From assembly GCA_051294905.1 (NCBI GenBank), contig CM119386.1, positions 2,232,001-2,296,000 of the forward strand: a DNA stretch of 64,000 nucleotides. Direction: 5' to 3'. The notes beneath the pieces were generated by a model. That model was not told the DNA's origin, did not search any database, and saw only the letters and a list, made by a program, of their open reading frames with translations. Of the stretch, positions 37,901 to 49,900 are shown piece after piece (position 1 is the first letter of the stretch; every line of letters starts with the position of its first letter). The position numbers were made by a program, and so were the translations under genes. This DNA comes from Botryllus schlosseri (Eukaryota).

Positions 37901-40900
37901 ATCTTTTCGATTTTACGATGTTTGAATTTGAACCAGTGACTCATATTGTCTGTGGTAGCAAAAAGTGCAATGAAGTTTGATGTAGCCATACCGTAATCAT
38001 TGTCCACTGAATAAAAATCAAATATTGAAACAATCACATTGAACTAGGTGATGGATGTCAGTAAAAGCATTCATTGGTATGACGTAGTAGCTGAAGTCAG
38101 CACGTATATTCACCTTGTCGTTCGTCTTGAATTTAGGCATGAAAATGCTTCAAAGATCAGTGATAGCTTATAGCTTTGTTACACATTTGAGACATGGGAA
38201 TTAAAATTGAGTGCAGTGATATCATGTTGATCAATTTGATCCTCTGTTGTAGCTCGAGTGGAGGACAGTTTGCCTGTAAAACTGATGTTCATGTCAGTTC
38301 AAAGTACTGCAGAATTTCGATGTTATAAAAAGATTGGAAAGAGTCAAAATGACTTGTTATAGATTGTTGACGCTGATAATAATCCTAATCGTCGACTTTC
38401 ATCTACAAATGATAATAAAAACACATTGTATAATGCGCAAGTATGCGGGATGAGGAATTCAAAAGCGGGCTTATTAAAATTGAACAACATATGAAGGTAA
38501 GAGGTTTCCGTAGGTTGGAATATTAGGTGAAATGAATCGATCAAAACTTGACCCACAAATGCTACTCTTCTTCATCATTATTCAGTTTAATTCAGTTTTA
38601 CTAAATATTTATCTATGAAACACAAACACGATTGTGACATCATGAGAAGATATGGAGCGGGTTGAATGAACTGTCCGTCGATACATCAGCATGTGACATA
38701 TAAGGATATATGTAAAGGTTAATTTCAGGGCTAGGGTTAGAGTACGGGTTAGTTTTGGAGTTGTGAACCCACATACCACAGTGACGTATGTTGAAGTGTA
38801 ACACGCTCAGCTGTCGTTTTCCATTGTGTCGCATGCTCAAATGCCGGACAACCGAATGAACGACTGAGAATATTCAATAAATGAATTAAACAACCACCAT
38901 GGTGAAACATATTCTGCAAAGGTTGCCAAAACAATGATTAACATTCTCATTTCCAGATCGGATCTGTTTGGAGCGAAATCACTGATTGCAAGCGTGTCGG
39001 GCACAGATGCTCGGAACAAGTGCTAGACAACGGGTGCCATAAGATTATCACAACCGAAGAAACTCTGCCGTGTACATACTCGTCCATCGGAGACTTTGAA
39101 ACTAAAAATTGTGGTGCTAATCAGTACGCCGCGGAAACTGGAACAGATGGATGTTGTCCCACGTACACTTGCGGTATGTCGATTACAGTTATCTGCACGT
39201 ATGCATGGTTGGTATGCTTCATCACAATGATCAATATATACATATTGTAATCGTGGATTTCATCTCCTAAATTATATATGTATGCCACTCCTACCATGAA
39301 TTCACTTTGATATCCTATGAATTCTAGTATTTGTAGCTTGGTGCCACATCAGTTACCAAGTCAACCGTTTTGTAATCATTGTTAAATAATATTGCTCTGC
39401 AATATCGTGTTAAATTTCTGTATTAACAATATGTGCACTAGCACTAGCACTAGCACTAGCACTAGACTGAACAGCATTAAAGGTTTTAACAAAATTTGAA
39501 TTCTGGTTAGTTAAACTTACGCAACGGCATACAACACCAGTTGTACTTTGGTTAAGATCTCACTGTTTATGACAAAGAAATACAAATTTCCCGCTACATC
39601 AAGTGAATGTCATGAGATTGCTAATCATTTATTATAACAGGAGTTTATTTGGTGTTTACCAGGGTTGTGACCAATTCACAAAGTTCTAAATCACAAGTCA
39701 ACTTGACCTTTATAGTTTTGGGTCGAGTCAAGTCGAGTCATTTTCCATTCATCATCGAGTCAGGATACAACGGGTCGGGTCGAGTCTGAGTCATAGTGTT
39801 AAGACTCGAGTCCAAGTCAAAGTCATAGCGTTTGCTGTTCACTATCGAGTTTAAGTTAGGCTCAACTCATTTGTGAGAAACTCCTGGCTGATATCGAAGG
39901 CCTGGGAATCATAATAGACTCATTTTCCGCACTCTAAATATGTTTATTCAAACAGATAAAGGATATTTTCTAGGCCTATTTTTCAATTTTCGGTCCTGAG
40001 ATACGAGACTTGAATAGGTCATATAGCATGTGCCGAGTCATTCATAATGACTGGAGTACAAGTCGAGTCAATACACGAATTGACTCGAGTCGAATGGAGT
40101 CATTTTCCCCTTTTTGAGAAAATGATTTGAATCAAGTTTAGTCAATGAAAAATTTTGACTCGAGTCATTACAATGTTTACAGCCTCTATTTTTAATGGAA
40201 GTCATTTGAACTGGGATTAGCTTTGCTTTGATTTCTGCACCTCCTAATGCCGTCTCTCTTTCTCACGTTAATGCAAACGATCCGTAATCAGTGCTTCCTT
40301 GACAGAACCTTGCGGTAGCTCCAACTGGAACTGCGACGACATCACACAAGTCCGACAGTCCAACGACACACACCCGCGTTGCCCGGGACAATGCGTATGC
40401 GCGTCTCCTATGACAGAAGATCAAAAGGAATATTGCTTAAAAAACGCGAAATGTGGCGAATACGAGAAAGCGGTTGATATCTCTCTCGGTGAAACCGGGA
40501 CGGCGCACACCGACAAATGCTGCGCCAACTACAAATGCGTGTGTGACACCTGTCCATCGGCCATTGTGGGGCCAGGGGCATTGTCACCTAATGCGACTAA
40601 TTGTGAGGAGGTGCGTGCCACTCCCGAAGGCCTGAAATGCTGTCAGAATCATGAGATTGTGTGTAGGGAATCTTGCGAATGCCCCACGTTGGATTTGAAT
40701 TGCCGAGAAACACAAGGATGCTCGCAGACTGTCAGTAAGTCCAATTTATAATTCTCTTGGATTCCTATATTTCTAACGATATATATGTGGACAGTATATT
40801 TGTGTCTAATTAGAGTTAGCAGGCAATGTTCTGAATCCGAAAAGTACTTGGAAATCCAGGGTTGCATTCGGAGAATAGTATTAGTTGTAAAAAGTAATCA

Positions 40901-43900
40901 TTTGTATCAGAATTAAGTCATGGTTTTGATGGGATGCACATAACTTGTGTAATTTGTAGCTTTGAACACTGGATGTGGCTAGAATCACCTCTCCATGACC
41001 AACGACAGTATACTGAAACTATAAAAAAGGAAGTTTCCCTTTGTGTACAACCATTATACAATATCTATATACACATCGTCAATGATCATCCACTGTAGCA
41101 AAGCTATCTTTAAATCACTTGGCCTTCACTCGTACTCGGTTAACTACAAAAGAGTTAGAAACAAGTAGTCTAATGCCTTTGTATTGCGATTCCATTCTTC
41201 TACAGGTTTTAATGTAAACGGTTTCAAAGCTGCACGGGCCTCGGCGAGTGCCTGATGGTATTCAATAAAAGTATATATAATTAGGAAGCAACACAATCCT
41301 TAGACACGGAATGATCCTATTCGGCACCATAAAATTCTACATCCACATCAAAATCTGACCATACTGTATAAAAACCGAACCAGCATAAAATGGCAAAACA
41401 AAGACACGGTTGTTTTCTTCGCAAATTTACCATCTCTCTAATTCCAGAATTGCTGTAGTGCCGCAGACGGTAACAATATTCTGCTTTCAGCGAAAGCCAA
41501 CAAATGCAACTGTCCAGTAGAGGCGACGTGTTCCTGCAATGTTGAGGCGTGTCCGGAGGTGACTTGTGGCAGATGCCAAGTGAAGACCAGCACTGACCTT
41601 CCTTTCGATTCCGGCTCGCAATGCGGGGGAAATTGCTGCCCCAATGTCACATGCCAGCCGAAGACTTGCACGCCTGTTGACGACATCTCCATTCCTTCGC
41701 AATGCACCTTTCTGAAACAGATAAGTCTTACATATTTATGACTGTCCGATGTCAGTGATTATAGGCATTGGTTTTGGACTCTGCAAGCCGTGGTTCAAAT
41801 TGGTTCTTTTACTGTTTGCTGAATTCGTTATATCTTTTGACTACTTCCATTTATACGTGACAGATATATTGGCAAGACTACATAATTTTTGCTCCATGGA
41901 TTTTATCAAGTAGAAAGTGGATTTGGGATATGCACGCACCACTTTTATGAGTGATATGCTCACGACGTCTGGGCGAAAGAACCCCGGAATCTGGCAGTCA
42001 GTTTTTATTCATATTTTCATCATTTCAAAACATCAAAAGACTGCGATACAATGAAAAGATAGGAAGGTGTCGAAACAACTCGGATTAGCTTTTAAGTTCA
42101 GACACCCACTTTAGCCTAGGCGAAGTAAAGAAGAGGCATGCACACTGAATGAAAGGTAATGCAGAGAATATAAGACGCAAGCGACAAAATGAGGTGGAAT
42201 GTGTCAGAGGGCGAGGTCGACGTTAGGTCGTGGTCCGGTAATCCTGAATGCTGGCTAGTATTCATTTAGAAGAAATTGCTTGTATTTCAACTTGAATGCG
42301 GACATGCTCGACGACGGTAGGATAGCCGGCGAGATGCTGTTCCAAAATAACTGATAACTGAGTACATTTTCGAAAATTGCCTCCATTTTCAGATGCATTG
42401 GTTGTTTTGTGTTAGCCGCGAAGACGCACCCTACAATTTCGAAAGTCTCCGATTAACTGCTAAAATACAAAATCTACCGTACTGCTAATTACATGAAAAC
42501 TTTTTAAATTTTCCGCTGCTATTTGGAGTAGATTTGACTTGTCTTTGAAACTACTAGGCCTACTATTTTAACCACCCCTGCTCAATAGGTCTGTTCAACA
42601 ATACCTTTTTTGTCAAATTTTACTGGCTACCTGAGAAAATTGTTATTTTGCCTAAAAAAACGCTGCACACCAATTTTGGCTCAACTCAAACCTACAGAAG
42701 CATTGCTATATGAGAAAATCTTAGTAATTAGTTATTAAAAATTCATCTAAAATTTTTATAAATTTTACTGGCTACCCATGAAATGGTTAGGTTGTATGAA
42801 AAAATGATTCACAACAAAATTGACTCAATTCGAACCCGTAGAAGCGAAGCTATTAACATTTGGGATTTCAAATTATCGTATTTACGGTGGGTAGATCTAT
42901 GAGAAGAAGAATTTGCCGCCGTAAATACTCTTTTTTTCCAATCCAAAGTTTTGTATTCCAATAACTTTGCTTCTACTGGTTGGAATTGTGCCAAATTTGT
43001 TGTGCATAGTATTTTCAAGCCACCTAACAATTTCATGGGGTAGCCGGTAAAATTTGAAAAAAATTTATATTTATTTTCATTGGATAAATCCAAAACTATT
43101 TTCTTATATAGTAACGGTTCTATAGGTTAGGATTGAGCCGAAATATTGTGCAGGGCTTTTATTAGGCAACATATCAATTTTGTCAAGTAGCCAGTGAAAT
43201 TCGAAAAAAATGTCATTGAAACACTATTCCTATTACCAATGCAGCGTGCAAAACACATCAAATTGTTTTCAGCACACTGAGATATTCACCAAAGAGGACA
43301 AGTGCTGCCCATCACGTAAATTACTTGCCTGCGACGGCAATTGCCCGGACAATATGGAGCAGACGAATTGCAGTGAAGGCTACGACCTGAACACGGCCAA
43401 CCCCACAGACTCTCCTGATTCTGCCGTACGGGCAATCGCGGATTGCCCGAAAGTGAAGACATGTTGCCCGCACACGATTTGCATTTGCAAATCTTGCGAG
43501 TACGAAAACGGGAAAAGGCTTCGACTGGGGAGCAGTGTTTTGTCCGAAAATGGGTAACAATTAATCTCTCACATTTTTTACCGATTGAGTAGTTTGTAAG
43601 AAGCCTGGTGAATGTCACAGAGATGTCATAAATTGTTGTCAAGATTGAGAAATAGGTTGAATTAGCAGTGAATAAGTACTGTGACCGCAGTACTCTAATA
43701 CAGTGGTTCTCAACCTTTTTGACCTTGCTGACCGGGAAAACTTCTAAACACATGTTGCGGACCGGGGAACCTTAAATACTTCAAATTTAACCCAGTATAT
43801 ACTTGCGATAAATGTATGCAACTCAAACGCAATTACTAAAGACTTTGAGTAAGGCTGCTTTTCTGATATTAGACACGTTATAAGCGTTATACTCGGCTCT

Positions 43901-46900
43901 ATTGAATTTTCTGTAACGCGAAGACATGTTAAAACCACTGACGTGATTTTGATTGTTCCGGTTCTTCGAAAATATTGTGACTGTTTCTGGATAGCCACTA
44001 TTATATTGCCAAATGTCGCTAAATTGTACTGTCAAAAATGAACAATGTTTGTTCAAAAAGTCTTCTTAGCTTTCACATATAATTATCGTCGTAAACGGGG
44101 CTTTTTGTAGGCTAATTTGGAGCTCTTTCATGCAACACCCGTAGCATTGTCACATACGTCAAGTCCGTGAACTCTATAGCACGAAACCAAGCAGTAAAAT
44201 ACGTTCCAAATTTCTAAATCAATTATTAAATTGTCATATGACATTCTTGAATATTTGACCGGCAGTTGAGAACCACTCCTCTAATATATTCTCTCTACCT
44301 GCACCAACCCACTCGATTTTGCTTTTGCATGTTTTGGCTGTAATATTGACTTACCGGTATTTGCATTTCATGTAATGCCCAGTAGAAATTCATTGAGTAA
44401 ATCGGCATCTTTTTATCAGCGACATCCATCTGCATGACAGTGGCAAAGTAGGGTTCCAATTCGTACTACTTATGATCCTTCCGCATTGCGATAACAGGCT
44501 CAATGTTTGTATCAGATTATTACCAAATAAAGACCTGTCATCCGTTGCCGAAAAATACTTTTGAAGTTACTTACCTGAGTACTTTCTTGTCTTGGATTTT
44601 TCGAAAATGCTATAACCATATTACATCCATATAAGTTGTATCAGTGATTATTTTACTACCTTTCAATAAGTTATAAGTCGAATATTACATTACACAGTCC
44701 TTACCGTTACCATTTTGTAGCCATCTCTGTAAATAACCAGATCCACCAGACCCTTTCTGTTCCAGTAAAGGGAATCAGTTGTATGAAGTATATCGATATA
44801 CAGTTATAAACCATCTAGTTAGGAGATCAATCAGGCAATTTATGATTGAAACTGAGTTATTTGTATTTGAATGTATTTGGAATTTCTCAGCATTGCTATT
44901 GTAACAGCAATTTGCAATGTGGGAATGCTCAACTTCAGAGCTGTATTTTGAATGATGATAGCAACTCAGCAATGCCATGTCAACTTGCACAGCCATAAGT
45001 GCAGAACCTGCAAATACAGCATATTACAGCACATTGCTGCATTGTCTGATTTTCTCTGGTTCAAACTCTGCATTGATCAGATAAGCTTGAACAGGTAGAT
45101 TTTATATTCCGCATAAATGTGTCTTCGTGCGACCCTGATATCACGAATCTGGAGTTCTTATGACATCAGAAGTCTCCTCATACCCGCACATAATAGAGGA
45201 AACCTTCTCATGACTATCATGAAATCGCACACTCCACCTGAAATCAATGATACATACGCGAGGGTGCGTCCGTCATTTTGTGTTTGATGCAAAACTTTGA
45301 TTTCAGTTGCTCGCGTTTTACATGCACGGCCGACGTCAAAACTGAAGACGGTTGCTACCAAGTCACACAAAAGTTTCCTGAGTGTGCGCCTGCACCTCCT
45401 ATTGAATGCTATCAAACTTTGACTACGATACCCGCAAACGTGACAACAAAAGTGAACAGAACAGGACAATGGAAACAACTCTGTTGTCCGGAGCACAGGT
45501 ATTTATCTGTGGTAACATTGGGCGAAATAGATTAAAAGCAATCATAAATGTCAGAGTTGAAGATAAAGAATGCACCGTCGACTATAATCCAGGTCCAGCA
45601 TCCTGTCCTTACCCAGCAACGAGGGAGATATCATATGAGGTAAAATCTTCCATTCCTTCGATATGCACACATTGTGAATATGTTCTTCCACCAGACTGTA
45701 GATGCCTGTGAAAATCGAAACTGTCCGATTGCCAGGTGTGTGTGCGACAAATGCGTGGACGCCGATAATAACACACACGATATCGGAACTGTGTATTCTA
45801 ACGGGAACAAGTGTGAAAATTACACGTGCTTGAGAGGTACGATAAATGATATTTACCTTGCCAGCTGCACCTTGTGTTGAGTAACTATATCCCCTTTTGC
45901 GTTCTGTGGTGATAGTATTTAATACGAATTGGTAATAAATCTTGGATCGAATCAATTCGTTTCACTGGATTGTATCTGCAGTCTGCACTATAGTGAATAG
46001 ACATGCGGAGGCATTGATAGTCAAATAGAAGCATTATTGCATTTTAAAATTGCTTGAAAATTTCCAAGACACCAATTCTTGGATTCGTCCCATCGTTAAC
46101 GGTATCACATTTCTAAATAAGTGCAGTGACTATGCCATATCTGCAATGATTCTATCATCTATCATTATTGAAATAAACCCGAATATTTTCGGCTGACACT
46201 CGTCAGGGCTAATCGTCAGCAACTAGTAGAGAATTAGAAAGAATATTCTATATCAACAATCGTATCACAAATTATGAAATCACCAGCATGAAATTTCGAA
46301 TACAAGAGCGTTCAATGTACTAGATGTTAGATGATATGCAAACTCCTCTTGTTGACACAGCCTTGGCTGGTGTATTTTGATAAAAGTCGACTCCAAGTCA
46401 CACAAATGAAAGTTCAACAAAAGGAGTTCTTGTACCATCTATAAATAATACATTGAACGCTCTTTGCATTCGAAATTTCATGCTGGTGACGTCATGTTTT
46501 GTGATACGAATGTTGATATACAATGGTCTTTTCAATTCTTTACTAGTTGCTGAAGATTACTCCTGACGAGTGTCAGCCGAAAATGTTAGGGTTCATTGCA
46601 ATATGAATAATTGAATATGCTACTGAATTGTATATTGGAGTAGCGTACCTCCAAAAAGCTCTGCAAGCAACAATCATATTCCTTTCGTGCATTTCTAAAA
46701 CTTATTTGTGGCGCTGTTGTCCGAATAATTACCTGTTGATTTATGTACTCAGATTCAAGTGCAGAGTGTGCAGTAGCAACGTCAGACAGGCAATATTGCG
46801 TCTCCTCGCCTATATCTCCAAGGAGGTGTGCTCGAATGCGATGTTGTTATGATGGGAGTGCGCTGGAGAATGCACGCTGCTTTAGGAAGAGAAATACCGG

Positions 46901-49900
46901 TAAGGTTTTCTTTAGACTAGGCATCGCGAATTGTGTTGATTTATGAAATTTTTTGTGGCTATCGAGTTAGTCAAATGAAGTGTTCTCACTTCAGCAACCT
47001 AGATACCTAGAACAAAACATATCGGTCAAGGTAGGTAGAACACGACTATACTTTCCTGTGAGGTTATTAAGTGTAAGGATTTCAAGAATATCGAAAAAAT
47101 TACAGTCCTGTTTTACCTTTAGTGACATGCGACTGGCTGGGAAACAATAGTTTTTCCAACAGTGAACCCTTCCAATATAATAACACAGTGCTATAGGAAT
47201 TTCCTATTGACTTTTCAAAAGCCACATTTCATTGAATGTTTGCACACTGCTATACCATCAATGTCCGAGTGGTGGCAATTTCTTGATTGGTTAAACTTAT
47301 TTTACTCTCAGAACTATGCTATATCTGCAATGATTCTTTTGACATTGCAGGTGGAGACAGCCTATGCCCACAGCCAAAATTGAATGTGCCTGATTGTCCC
47401 ACTCTAACTTGCAACGATATGTATCAGCTGATGAATTCAACAGCAGTACCTGGACAGTGCTGTCATGAGGAGGCATGCTACTGCAAGGTAAACTATGGAA
47501 GGTTGTATGATTGTGAAGATGCAGGAAATATTCGTATCCAATAACCACCAGACAAGTGATAACTACATGACTGACACTTCAGTAGTTGGGGCAACATAGA
47601 GACACACACAGAGCAGCCCGTCTGAGAATATGCACTTCAATATACTTTATTTTTAGTTATTAATATTATCTTAATCAAAACTGCTCCACACTGAAAAGAT
47701 GGTGAGGAGTGCAAATGAATTTAAGTCTCTCAAGCTAACGACCTATAGATAGCAAATAAGAATGATAAAATTGGACATGCGTACGGAATAAGAATGCATA
47801 AAAATAGCCAATCAATGAATGATGTATATGTCATACAGTATGATGTATAGTTAACATCATTTAAAATAATGCCACACTTGTGGTTGTGGCTTGGTACATT
47901 CTCCGAGATGCTACTAACGGTATATGCATGTCTGTCGTCATGATCTTATCGCCGGTATCAGTCAATACCGCTAAACCACTGTTCTTTGTTTTGTTAAATC
48001 CTGCATATTTATATGTGTTCTATTTATTTTGGCGTCATTGTTGACGAAATAAATATCTTTCGCTTCCTCTGTCATTGCTTTGGGACACTGTACTTCCTTG
48101 TTCAGTTGCCATTGCCTCTAATCTTCGACGAAACCGAGGATTTTGATGATTTTATAGGCCTAGCTGAATGATCAATAACCATGCCCATACTGTACTGGGT
48201 CGTTTTGACATTTTCTAGTCCACACATGTACCCCAATATTGTATAAGTTTTGATATGGGTCCTAACAGATGGATGCAGTTTGAGAGACTTGTTGACCTGT
48301 TGTTCAGTTCAAGTTCAATTGAAATTTCATATATTCAAAATGCAACAAGATAGGAAGTAGTAAAACGACTTGGAATAGTCCATCAACTTTGGCCAACTAA
48401 CAAAAAATAATATGGGGCATATCAGGTATGCGTATTGTGATACAAATATCCAAAGATACCCTAAAATAGGCAAGCAATGTAAATTGGGGATGAGCTTGTG
48501 GCTGTAGATATGTGAAACACCAATGGGCTGATCTCGAGCGCAATCCACTATTTATTGTTGACATTCCAGCCTGATGAAATGTTGAAAAATGTTTGTGACA
48601 ATTGGGTGGAAGACGCTAGCAACTGTTCGGACCCAGATAACATGATGGTCGAGCTCACCGGGAAATTCAAAGGCCACGAGTGTTGCCCGGACAAAAGTTG
48701 CATGTGCAAACCAAAAGAGATTCTGACCTGTTCGAAACCGTGAGCTGGTTAATAGTTATGAATTCTTTGATAGCAACAGTGAAGTGAATCATATATTACA
48801 ACCGTATTTTCTTTTACATTAAAATTGAACTTTATATTAATAATGAAATGAACCCGAATATTTTCGGCTGACACCCGTCAGGGGTAATCGTCAGCAACTA
48901 GTAGAGAATTTTAAAGAGCATTGTGTATCAACAACCGTAATACCAAATATGACGTCACCGGCATGAATTTCGAATAATAATCGGAGCGAAGAGAGCGCTT
49001 AAGCTCAACATACTATTTTCAGATGCGACACAAACTCTTTCTGTAGGCACAGACTTGGCTTGCGGATTTATTCGACTCAAAGACACCCAAATGAAAGTGT
49101 AAACGACTTCTCCAGATAACACAAAAAATGTGGTCGCGTTAACTTTTCGCGCAAACAGGATTATCCACCAAATCTGTGTCAATGGCAGAATTTATGCGTC
49201 AGCCGAAAATATTCGGGTTCATTTCAATATGACTATGCCATTCAATTGTATATTGCAGTTCATATGATTTGTACAGAAGTGAGCCACAGAATATTTACAA
49301 AAAGGAAGTTGGCCATGGATATAAAACAAATAGGAGCCACTGCTCTACAATATTGAATTAATTCCCAGTTTTTTTTCAATATTGAGGCTTGCAGTCTGAA
49401 TAGTCACTTTGGCATTGGCGTTTCATTACTAGGAGTAGCCCACAGTTCAATCAACGCAAAAAACAAGATACTGTGGACTCATAGAACATGTGGACTGCCC
49501 TGTTCTCAAGTTACATTATTGCGTGTCATAAAAAAATACCTGTGCTGTCTTTAGAACTTGTCCGAGCGGAAATTACAAATTGGTCGAAACTGCACCGGCA
49601 ACGGAGGACAAATGCTGCGCAGATTTTGAGTGTCAATGCGACTGCTCTGAGACTCGTTGCGACTACCCTTCTTATGTTGTAAACAGGTATCATGCAACAT
49701 TTCTGCTTGCTAGTTAATAACTTAATAGTCATCTTGAGATTGTGGCGGTAATACTTTGAGTGATATCTTTTCAGCACGGAAGGCACGTGTGATTGCAAAT
49801 GTGCTTGTGATCCAAATCGCTGCGTTGCCCAGGAAAAAGTTTGTCCTGCCGGTGAATATCTATCCCAAACGGGAACAACAGATGCTGGATGCTGCCCAGT

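Larger units (their letters stand above)
41721..43275 (+). other. Non-canonical intron, AT donor (CAG|ATAAGT ... TTTTCAGCAC), unit 3
   Basis: Same position as in unit 2 (after CTFLKQ); acceptor AG at 43272 or AC at 43275. Confidence 0.78.

Noticed and set aside
41448-41490. Upstream AG giving an in-frame-looking [14 protein letters not shown] extension
   Set aside because: The acceptor at 41447 is phase 0 but the preceding exon ends in phase 1. The 41490 acceptor gives the 230-nt size seen in units 2 and 4.
43286-43753. Long minus-strand ORF (155 aa), and others such as 49526-49960, 51978-52418, 35178-35576
   Set aside because: They overlap + strand exons or TEs, lack recognisable motifs and are typical antisense shadows.
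47545-48120. Possible solo LTR
   Set aside because: No second copy, clear TG...CA termini or TSD could be identified by eye.
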